Of a DNA stretch of 32,000 nt, positions 1 to 7,308 are shown piece by piece. The stretch is from contig NZ_OMOH01000002.1 in NCBI RefSeq assembly GCF_900289195.1, forward strand, positions 1,206 through 33,205. Reading direction: 5' to 3'. Under the pieces are notes generated by a model that did not search any database, had not been told where the DNA came from, and saw only the letters and a list, made by a program, of their open reading frames with translations. Positions within the stretch are counted from its first letter, which is position 1. Every line of letters starts with the position of its first letter. This DNA is from Propionibacterium ruminifibrarum. GTDB lineage: Bacteria; Actinomycetota; Actinomycetes; Propionibacteriales; Propionibacteriaceae. Position numbers and translations under genes: made by a program.

Positions 1-2
1 TG

Positions 3-218
3 CCCTACCAGAACCCGACAGGGGTGGACGCCCCGTCCCCGTACTGCGGACACGCCTGGGACACCCCCGGCGAGTACACCGTGACCGCGACCCGCACCTG
101 GAACATCACCTGGACCGCCGCCGCACACACCGGCACCGACACCACCACCCGACCCGCAGGCACCCGCCACGTCACCGTCATCGAACTATCCTCACTCCTC
201 ACCAACCCCAACCGGTAA
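3..218 (+). CDS. 3' end of a conserved hypothetical protein (5' end outside window). It resembles C-termini of proteins encoded on actinomycete conjugative/integrative elements, which are often annotated 'ATP/GTP-binding protein'.
   Basis: The frame is open from the window edge (PYQNPTGVDAPSPYCGHAWDTPGEYTVTATRTWNITWTAAAHTG...HVTVIELSSLL) and ends at TAA 216-218. Third codon positions are strongly G/C biased. The family assignment rests only on remembered motifs (C-x-H ... YTVTAT..W.ITW). Confidence 0.4.
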   Translation, partial: PYQNPTGVDAPSPYCGHAWDTPGEYTVTATRTWNITWTAAAHTGTDTTTRPAGTRHVTVIELSSLLTNPNR

Positions 219-266
219 CCAGGAGGCTCAAGCAGGACCATTTCATGGCTTCTCCGATAAGGACTG

Positions 267-641
267 TCACATGGCAGTGTCACGCTCGGGATCCCATTGA
301 ACACGCACCGGCGACGCACTCCTGCGCGCCTCCCACTCCTCGCGGCTGCCGTGCGGCGGGTTCTGGTAATGCGACAGGCACGAGTGGGCGAGAGCCCACT
401 CGAAACCGGCACGGGTGACCCGAATGGCCAGTACGCGCTCCTGGCCCGGTTTGGTCGCCCAACCGCAGCGATACATCATCCAACAGAACGATGGCTTGAT
501 CCAGGTCATCCGCCCCATGCGGAACGGCGGGACGAATCTTCAGGACGCCACGGCAGGCCCCGCGATCTGGGCGCCGTAGGCTTGATGGATGGTGATCGTT
601 TCCTTATCAAAACACGCCCTGATCTGACGCAACGGAGTCAC
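267..641 (-). pseudogene. DUF4291-family gene remnant with an internal in-frame stop and a 3' truncation
   Basis: GTG at 641 follows the RBS-like GGGGAGGGGAGG. Translation gives VTPLRQIRACFDKETITIHQAYGAQIAGPAVAS-TGA(540-542)-RFVPPFRMGRMTWIKPSFCWMMYRCGWATKPGQERVLAIRVTRAGFEWAL...VRVQWDPERD, which matches the DUF4291 signature (RMTWIKPSF.WMMYRSGW). The reading frame ends about 70 codons short of a normal family member. Confidence 0.7.
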
Positions 642-707
642 GGATCGCCTCCCCTCCCCACCGATACCATTCCTGACAGCTGCAGCCCCTTGTTGAAGGC
701 GCTCGCG

Positions 708-1172
708 TCAACTTCGCCGCAGCTCCGCCTCGGCCAGCCCGGTGACGGTGAACCCGTTGATGCCGATGAGTCCGAGGAAGACGGTGTCGCAGTCGGCGGT
801 GGTACGCACCCGCACCCGCCGGTCGGGGCCGATGGAAACGCTGACATCGACGATGTCATACTCACGCGCCACTGCATCGGCGGCTGCGATCGCCTGGGCA
901 TCACCGGCTGCGCCCTGCAGACGCGCGGCCGCGGCGCTGTCGGTCGCGGCCCGCGCCGCCGCTGCGGCGGCCGCCTGGGCCTCCCGCTGGGCGGTCAGGC
1001 GGGCGGCTCCGTCGACGGCCAGACCGGCCGCGAGGATGAAGGCGGGCATGACGGCCGCGAAGAGCGTGCTGACGCTCATTCCGCGCTCGTCCCCAGCCGG
1101 GCGGGGCAGGGCCGGCACGGGGACGGCTGGTGAACCGTGCCGGGGGTACCCGGCGTGAAGATCTGGCCTCAT
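708..1172 (-). CDS. TadE/TadG-like (Flp-pilus assembly, pseudopilin-like) protein, not part of a tad operon in this window
   Basis: The N-terminus ...GDERGMSVSTLFAAVMPAFILAAGLAVDGAARLTAQREAQAAA... is typical of TadE/G-like proteins (ERGS + hydrophobic helix + VDG). The C-terminus ...TVFLGLIGINGFTVTGLAEAE is also family-like. The start at ATG 1172 is a guess; the ORF is open to 1220. Confidence 0.55.
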   Translation of the reverse strand: MRPDLHAGYPRHGSPAVPVPALPRPAGDERGMSVSTLFAAVMPAFILAAGLAVDGAARLTAQREAQAAAAAAARAATDSAAAARLQGAAGDAQAIAAADAVAREYDIVDVSVSIGPDRRVRVRTTADCDTVFLGLIGINGFTVTGLAEAELRRS

Positions 1173-1340
1173 CACGTGCTCCCAGGGGTGGGGTGCGTCC
1201 AGTGTGGCATGCACAATCATCCGGGGAACAGGGCTGTGGACATCCCCCGAAGACGGGTCCCCTTTCGTCGCCCTCGTGGCCTAGGCTTGGGGCAATGGAC
1301 CCGCACAAGGGCGGGCCCTGCTCAATGGAAAGGCTTCCAC

Positions 1341-2555
<1,215 letters not shown>

Positions 2556-2567
2556 TCCCCTGATCAT

Positions 2568-2599
2568 CTGGTGGGGCGCCCTCAGGGGCGCCCCACCAG
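2568..2599 (+). terminator. stem-loop terminator candidate downstream of pfp
   Basis: A perfect 14-bp stem, CTGGTGGGGCGCCC (2568-2581) / GGGCGCCCCACCAG (2586-2599), with a 4-nt loop, lies 13 nt after the pfp stop. There is no U-tract, as is common in actinobacteria. Confidence 0.6.
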
Positions 2600-2627
2600 C
2601 GTTCCATCCACCCGAGGTTCCTGCCCG

Positions 2628-3653
2628 GTGAGCACCTTGCCCCAGCACATCCAGTGGCGCAGCCGGTGGGCTGCCTGCTGGGGGCACTCGCTGCTGCGCG
2701 CGCTGGCAACACCCATGCCCTGGGCCCCGTCCTCCGGACCGTCCACGGTGAGCAGGTCCAGCCCCGATGCCGGAAGCCTTCGCCCGCGCACGCCCGACGA
2801 CTGGCACTCCTCCGCGCACATGCTGTGGGCGGCGCTCGTGCTGCTGCGGACCGCTCCCGCCGAGCTCGGCGGGCAGCTGTGCCAGGCCCTGACCGAGGCG
2901 CTGCGGCGTCGCTGGCGAGGCGGAGCCATCGGCGTGGAGGCGGATCATCTGCGCACCGAGCCCGGGGCCGGACGGCCCTTCGGCTGGGCGTGGACGGTCA
3001 TGCTCGCAGCCGAGGCCCGCCGTCACCAGATCGCCGCCGAGCAGGGCTGGGCCACCCAACTGGGCGAGCTGGCCGATGCGGTTCGGGTCAACCTGCTGAA
3101 TGCGCTGCCGCGGATGGGCTCCCCCGTACGGCTGGGCACGGAGCAGAACACTGCGTTCAGCATGGGACTGCTGCTGGACGCCTTCTGGACGCTCGGGGAC
3201 TCCCGGACGGCCAATGCCCTGAGCGACCGGGCCCGCTCATTGTTCGGTGGCCAGGAGCGTTCCTCCTCCGCGGTCGATCCCGGCACCGCCGACATCTGCT
3301 CCCCCGCCCTGGCACAGGCCGACCTGGTCCGTCGGGTACTGCCGCCCAGTGTCTTCAGCCAGTGGCTCGCAGGTTTCCTCCCACGGCTGGGATCACCCAG
3401 GGACGCCACCCTGCAGGTCCCCGTTCTGCGCAGGGGCGCGGGCGGCGGGACCAGCCCGCTGCCCGCCCTGTCCCTCACCCGCGCCCTGCACCTGCGGCGG
3501 CTCGCACCGCACCTGCAACGGGCCCGTACAGAGTTGATGATCCGGTCGGCGGACCGGCTTCTCGAAGACTCCGCACCGCTCATCGCCACCGCACCGGTGA
3601 CGGCCGCGCACCTGCTGGTGCCGTTGGCGGTGCTGACGGTGACCGATTGCTGA
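2628..3653 (+). CDS. DUF2891 family protein
   Basis: Motifs DDWHSSAHMLW, RPFGWAWTVMLAAE, GTEQNTAFSMGLLLDAF and DICSPALAQADLVRRVL match the DUF2891 pattern (DWHSSVH, RPYGWAW, H.NTAF, DFLSP). The ORF is open from 2571, but that start lies inside the pfp terminator stem, so GTG 2628 (GAGG 10 nt upstream) is preferred. Confidence 0.65.
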   Translation: MSTLPQHIQWRSRWAACWGHSLLRALATPMPWAPSSGPSTVSRSSPDAGSLRPRTPDDWHSSAHMLWAALVLLRTAPAELGGQLCQALTEALRRRWRGGAIGVEADHLRTEPGAGRPFGWAWTVMLAAEARRHQIAAEQGWATQLGELADAVRVNLLNALPRMGSPVRLGTEQNTAFSMGLLLDAFWTLGDSRTANALSDRARSLFGGQERSSSAVDPGTADICSPALAQADLVRRVLPPSVFSQWLAGFLPRLGSPRDATLQVPVLRRGAGGGTSPLPALSLTRALHLRRLAPHLQRARTELMIRSADRLLEDSAPLIATAPVTAAHLLVPLAVLTVTDC

Positions 3654-3781
3654 TCAACGGGCACCTGGTGATCCGGGAGGGCCGCATGATCGTCTCCGAT
3701 CGCCCCGGATCCGGCGTGACATTGCCGGACCAGTTGCGCGCCTGGACCGTCGACAGCTTTGAACTCGGCTCGCACCAGTGA
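3650..3781 (+). pseudogene. 3'-terminal fragment (about 43 codons) of an enolase-superfamily (mandelate racemase/muconate lactonizing type) sugar-acid dehydratase
   Basis: LINGHLVIREGRMIVSDRPGSGVTLPDQLRAWTVDSFELG-stop resembles the usual C-terminus of this superfamily (...dG.l.vpd.PGLGveld.d.l..y.v). No upstream part exists because DUF2891 occupies that space. Confidence 0.4.
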
Positions 3782-4022
3782 CGACCGGAAGCCGAGTCGT
3801 GCAGTGACTTCACCGTGTCGCGGACAGTCGTCAGGGAGGCGATCGGCCTCCTGCAAGCCGAGGGACTGGTGGAGAACCTCCAGGGGCGCGGCACCTTCGT
3901 CACCAAGCCCGGAGGCCACCCAAGAACCCGCCGTGGCCACAAGGGCCGCGATGCGAACACACCTCTCCCGGTCGCTCGCCGCCCTCGACGCTGCGGCAGT
4001 GCCGCACCGCGGCAGCAGGTAG
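3782..4022 (+). pseudogene. GntR-family (FadR-like) transcriptional regulator remnant: a partial wHTH followed by a large internal deletion/frameshift
   Basis: The frame starting right after TGA 3779-3781 reads RPEAESCSDFTVSRTVVREAIGLLQAEGLVENLQGRGTFVTKPGG, which is the GntR HTH recognition helix and wing. The N-terminal helix is missing and the effector domain is absent. A different frame ends ...AMRTHLSRSLAALDAA...-TAG (4020-4022), weakly reminiscent of an FCD-domain C-terminus. Only about 80 codons of space exist, against about 230 expected. Confidence 0.5.
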
Positions 4023-4033
4023 CCAGGAGAACG

Positions 4034-5167
4034 CTACTTCTCGCGTCCGCGGCCGGCCATGATGAGACGGACGGCTCGCTCAGCGGCATCGGCAAGGGCC
4101 TGCCGGCCGTTGCGCAGGGAGTCCCCGAGGGTCGTGATGGAGGCGACGATCGGGACGAGACCGACGAAACCGTGGTCGTACAGTTCCTCGACGCCCTCAC
4201 CGAACTTCCCGGCGAAGGCGACGATGGGCACACCGGCGGGCCGGGCGACGCGGGCGATCCCCGAGAGTGTCTTGCCCATGAGCGTCTGACGGTCCATGGC
4301 GCCCTCGCCGGTGAAGACGAAATCGGCGCCCTCGATGATCCGGGCGAGACCGACGGCCTCGACGACCAGGTCGACACCGGACTGGAGCCTGCCATCGAGG
4401 AAGGCGCGGAAGGCATAGCCCAGACCGCCGGCGGCGCCGACCCCTTCCTCGGTTGCGACGGAGTCCAGATGCCCGGACACCGTTGCGAGGCGTCGCAGGG
4501 CGTCGTCGAGGAATCTGACGTCCTCGGGGGAGGCACCTTTCTGCGGGCCGTAGACGGCGGAGGCGCCGCGGTCGCCGAGCAGGGGGTTGTCGACGTCGCA
4601 GGCGATCCTGAAGACCGCGTCCCGGGCCCGCGGATCGAGGCCGGAGACGTCCACTTCGGCGAGCCGGGTGAGGGAGGCCGGGCCGCCGTCCAGCTCAGCG
4701 CCATGCTCGTCGGTGAACCGCACGCCGAGGGCACGCAGCATGCCCGCGCCGCCGTCGTTCGTGGCCGAGCCCCCGATGCCGATGAGGAACTCGTGGGCGC
4801 CCCGGTCGAGCGCGGCGAGGATCATCTGCCCGACACCGGCGGTGGTCGCCTCGCGGATGCGGCGGCGTTCAGGGGGGATCATGCCAAGCCCGATCGCCTG
4901 CGCGCACTCCATGACGGCCACGCCGTCGGCGAGCGCGAACCGCGCCGATGCGGGCCCGCCGTACGCATCGGTGACGGGCACCTCGATCATCTCCAGGCCC
5001 AGCGCGTCGGCGAGGGACTCGGTGAAACCCTCACCCCCATCGGCCATGGGGACCTGGGGGCAATCGGCGTCGGGGAGCACCCGACGCACGCCCTCAGCAA
5101 GTGCCGCCGCGGCCTCGGCCGCACTCATGGATTCCTTGAAACTGTCGGGCGCGCAGACGATCTTCAT
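4034..5167 (-). CDS. glxK: glycerate kinase
   Basis: 377 aa: MKIVCAPDSFKESMSAAEAA..., MADGGEGF, IGIGGSATNDGGAGMLRALG, VYGPQKGASPE, DFVFTGEGAMDRQTLMGK. This is a full-length class-I glycerate kinase. The strong SD GAAGGAGG precedes the ATG. Confidence 0.92.
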   Translation of the reverse strand: MKIVCAPDSFKESMSAAEAAAALAEGVRRVLPDADCPQVPMADGGEGFTESLADALGLEMIEVPVTDAYGGPASARFALADGVAVMECAQAIGLGMIPPERRRIREATTAGVGQMILAALDRGAHEFLIGIGGSATNDGGAGMLRALGVRFTDEHGAELDGGPASLTRLAEVDVSGLDPRARDAVFRIACDVDNPLLGDRGASAVYGPQKGASPEDVRFLDDALRRLATVSGHLDSVATEEGVGAAGGLGYAFRAFLDGRLQSGVDLVVEAVGLARIIEGADFVFTGEGAMDRQTLMGKTLSGIARVARPAGVPIVAFAGKFGEGVEELYDHGFVGLVPIVASITTLGDSLRNGRQALADAAERAVRLIMAGRGREK

Positions 5168-5195
5168 GACGGCTCCTCCTTCACCGGGTACACCC

Positions 5196-5209
5196 TGTCT
5201 TAATAGACA
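5196..5209. promoter_or_regulatory. perfect 14-bp palindrome TGTCTTAATAGACA upstream of glxK (candidate GntR-type operator within an AT-rich promoter patch)
   Basis: The palindrome is read directly from the sequence. It lies 29-42 nt upstream of the glxK ATG and fits the general GntR-family operator shape (GT-N-AC palindrome). It is the most AT-rich spot for kilobases. Confidence 0.3.
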
Positions 5210-5230
5210 ACATCATGTGCCCAGCGCGAA

Positions 5231-5455
5231 TCAATCCTGCGTGGCACCGGGCCTCAGCTCGATGCCGGCCAGTTTCTCGTACACCTTGACCAGCGAGGAG
5301 TGGTCCTCGGAGGCGAACCCGTCGCCGGCCAGGACGCTCATCATCTCGCGCACCAGTGACGTCAGCGGAAGGGGCGCTTCGACGCCGTGCCCGGTGTCCA
5401 AGACGTTCGCCAGATCCTTGATGTGAAGATTGGGGGCGAAACCTACACCGAGCAC
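5231..5455 (-). pseudogene. C-terminal fragment (about 70 codons) of a tartronate-semialdehyde (2-hydroxy-3-oxopropionate) reductase / 3-hydroxyisobutyrate dehydrogenase family gene
   Basis: GVGFAPNLHIKDLANVLDTGHGVEAPLPLTSLVREMMSVLAGDGFASEDHSSLVKVYEKLAG matches the C-terminal domain of this family (pGF...L..KDL......g..lPlt......y......G.g..DhSal). The about 215 N-terminal residues, including the Rossmann fold, are absent, and the upstream in-frame sequence hits a stop after 12 codons. Confidence 0.6.
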
Positions 5456-5675
5456 GTGACCGATGCGATCTCGTGCTCGATCCCCGCATCACGCTGGACC
5501 CAGCAGAAGGAGGACGAGATCGTCGCTGCGCTGCGGCTCGCCGTCGAGCGGGCGGTCATCCAGGCTCCCCTGCGTTCCTGACCCTCCGCGCAAACCTTCC
5601 CGCCCTGCTGCACCGTCTTCTTCTCCAAGACGACGACGGGCGCGGTCAATCGCGGGCAGGGTGGTGAACAGAACT

Positions 5676-5700
5676 GAAAAGCCCCCGTCAACAACGAGGG
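5676..5700 (-). terminator. rho-independent terminator candidate after tRNA-Asn
   Basis: The minus strand reads CCCUCG-UUGUUGA-CGGGGG followed by CUUUUC, beginning 11 nt after the tRNA 3' end. Confidence 0.5.
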
Positions 5701-5710
5701 CCTTGATCTG

Positions 5711-5783
5711 CTCCCCCGACTGGACTCGAACCAGTAACCCTCTGATTAACAGTCAGATGCTCTGCCAATTGAGCTACAGGGGA
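5711..5783 (-). tRNA. tRNA-Asn (anticodon GTT)
   Basis: I folded the cloverleaf by hand. Acceptor TCCCCTG/CGGGGGA; D arm GCTC-AATTGGCA-GAGC; anticodon arm TCTGA-CTGTTAA-TCAGA; T arm ACTGG-TTCGAGT-CCAGT; discriminator G. It is 73 nt and CCA is not encoded. Confidence 0.95.
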
Positions 5784-5880
5784 TCGTAGCCGCCTCGCAC
5801 CGTTGTGCTCAGCGCGTGAAGGAACGTTACCAGCCTCCACCCGGAAACAAAAATCGGGGTTGCCGCCAGGCCCCGGGCCC

Positions 5881-6387
5881 TCACAGACCGTACTCGTCGG
5901 CCAGCCGCTCGCTCTGGTTGACGATGAACTCCTGCACCACCGGGTCGTCCATGGTCGCCCTGCCCGACGGCTGGGCCATCCAGGTGACATCGCCCTGCCC
6001 GGCCGGGTTCCGCCGCCCGCTGAGCACCACCGATCCCCCGCCGGGCACCTGGAGTTTCTCCTGAACGAGGATTGACGCCTGCACGCGCTCCTGGAAGGCC
6101 CCGGGCACCTGACCGGCCTCGGTCAGGACCGCCGAGTGCTCGGTGCCGTCGATGAGTGTCCAGGTCAGGAGGTCGTTGTCACGGTCCCAGGTGCCGTGCT
6201 GGATCTCCTGCCAGCCGACCTGACTCCACAGTCCCTCGTGTCGGACGGCGAGGCCGTCACTGAGGACGGCGACGAGAACGCCGTCGCCCCGGCCGGCCGC
6301 GATGACCTGCGGGGCGCTGCCCCGTAACGCGCGCAGTTCCCTCAGCTCATCGCGGCCGGTCGAGCGGGTGCGTCGTGTCGTTCGCAT
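5881..6387 (-). CDS. hypothetical protein (168 aa), co-directional with and downstream of the sigma factor gene
   Basis: Third-position GC bias is good and no better competing ORF exists. I recognise no domain (…GLWSQVGWQEIQHGTWDRDNDLLTWTLIDG…). Confidence 0.5.
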   Translation of the reverse strand: MRTTRRTRSTGRDELRELRALRGSAPQVIAAGRGDGVLVAVLSDGLAVRHEGLWSQVGWQEIQHGTWDRDNDLLTWTLIDGTEHSAVLTEAGQVPGAFQERVQASILVQEKLQVPGGGSVVLSGRRNPAGQGDVTWMAQPSGRATMDDPVVQEFIVNQSERLADEYGL

Positions 6388-6431
6388 GTCTCCATTGTCG
6401 CCTCCGCCTGTGGCCGGTCGTCACCGGCAGG

Positions 6432-7184
6432 TCATGCGATCATCGCCTGCGCGGCCAAGTGGCGTCCCCGCTCCAGGGCTCGTCGCTTGGTGCGGGCCAC
6501 GCTGGCCACGCTGACGCCCAGGCAACAGCTCATCTGGGCGAGCGTCATGGGTGCGCGTCCATCGAGGCCGAAGGCCATGGTGAGGACCCGCCGCTCGTCG
6601 CCGGGCAGCGACCAGACCCATTCGATGTCGATGTCCTGCTCGTCGTGGCGGCCCGTACCGAGCGTCTCGCCGAGGTCTGGTCTGCTGGTCCACAGGGAAC
6701 TCAACCGCACCGGCTCGTCGCCCCCGTCCTCGTGCGCGGCGCTGGTCAGTCTTCTCATGAGCGAACGGCCGCACATGCCGGCGCTGTGCTGCTGGGCGCC
6801 GATGGCGCCGATCCGCTGGGAGATGATGAGCCAGGCCAGCGTGCTGAATCGGGTGCCTCGTCGCCAGTCCCACCGGTGGATGGCCTCGACCAGGGCGGCG
6901 GTGCCCTCCGCGATGAGCTCGTCGAGTTCCGCCACTCCCGGCTTGTCCCACTTGCGGGCGATGCGCCGCACCATGGCCGCGTTGGCCCGGCAGAAGACGA
7001 GGAAGGCCTGCTCGCCCTGCTCGGCGACCAGCCTCAGCTCGGTGGCGTCGGCACCGGCGGCCCACAGGCCCCGGTCCAGGCAGTGGCGGGCGTACTGGCC
7101 GGCCTCGATGGCCTTCGCCAGGGCGACTTCCTGCTCCGCGCTGAGCCGGTTCGGTTCGTTCCTGATGACGTCGATGGCATCCAT
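6432..7184 (-). CDS. sigma-70 family RNA polymerase sigma factor (divergent; regions 1.2/2 and 4 recognisable)
   Basis: From ATG 7184: MDAIDVIRNEPNRLSAEQEVALAKAIEAG.... The region-2-like stretch is AAMVRRIARKW..ELDELIAEGTAALVEAIHRWDWRRGTRFSTLAWLIISQRI. The region-4 HTH is LPGDERRVLTMAFGLDGRAPMTLAQMSCCLGVSVASVARTKRRALER. The ORF is open to 7361, but its first 59 codons are low-complexity. Confidence 0.75.
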   Translation of the reverse strand: MDAIDVIRNEPNRLSAEQEVALAKAIEAGQYARHCLDRGLWAAGADATELRLVAEQGEQAFLVFCRANAAMVRRIARKWDKPGVAELDELIAEGTAALVEAIHRWDWRRGTRFSTLAWLIISQRIGAIGAQQHSAGMCGRSLMRRLTSAAHEDGGDEPVRLSSLWTSRPDLGETLGTGRHDEQDIDIEWVWSLPGDERRVLTMAFGLDGRAPMTLAQMSCCLGVSVASVARTKRRALERGRHLAAQAMIA

Positions 7185-7308
7185 GCCCACAGCCTCACGG
7201 CTGCACGGGGCCGGCGCCAGCGCTGTGGATGCCGAACAACGGACAACACGAGTTTCTGTGGAGAACCCGCCGAACCCCTGGTGTGCTGTCCCGAACCCCG
7301 CTGGAAGG

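Noticed and set aside
245-418. 57-codon ORF starting at ATG 245, downstream of an AGGAGG at 222-227
   Set aside because: The AGGAGG is 18 nt from the ATG, which is too far. The ORF is antisense to the DUF4291 remnant and has no recognisable motif.
3580-5203. Long ORFs 3580..4734 (-) and 3815..5203 (+) overlapping glxK
   Set aside because: Both are alternative-frame or antisense products of the glxK region with Ser/Pro/Arg- or Gly/Asp/Ala-rich sequence. Only the first about 30 codons of 3815.. (the GntR HTH) look genuine, and those are reported as a pseudogene remnant.
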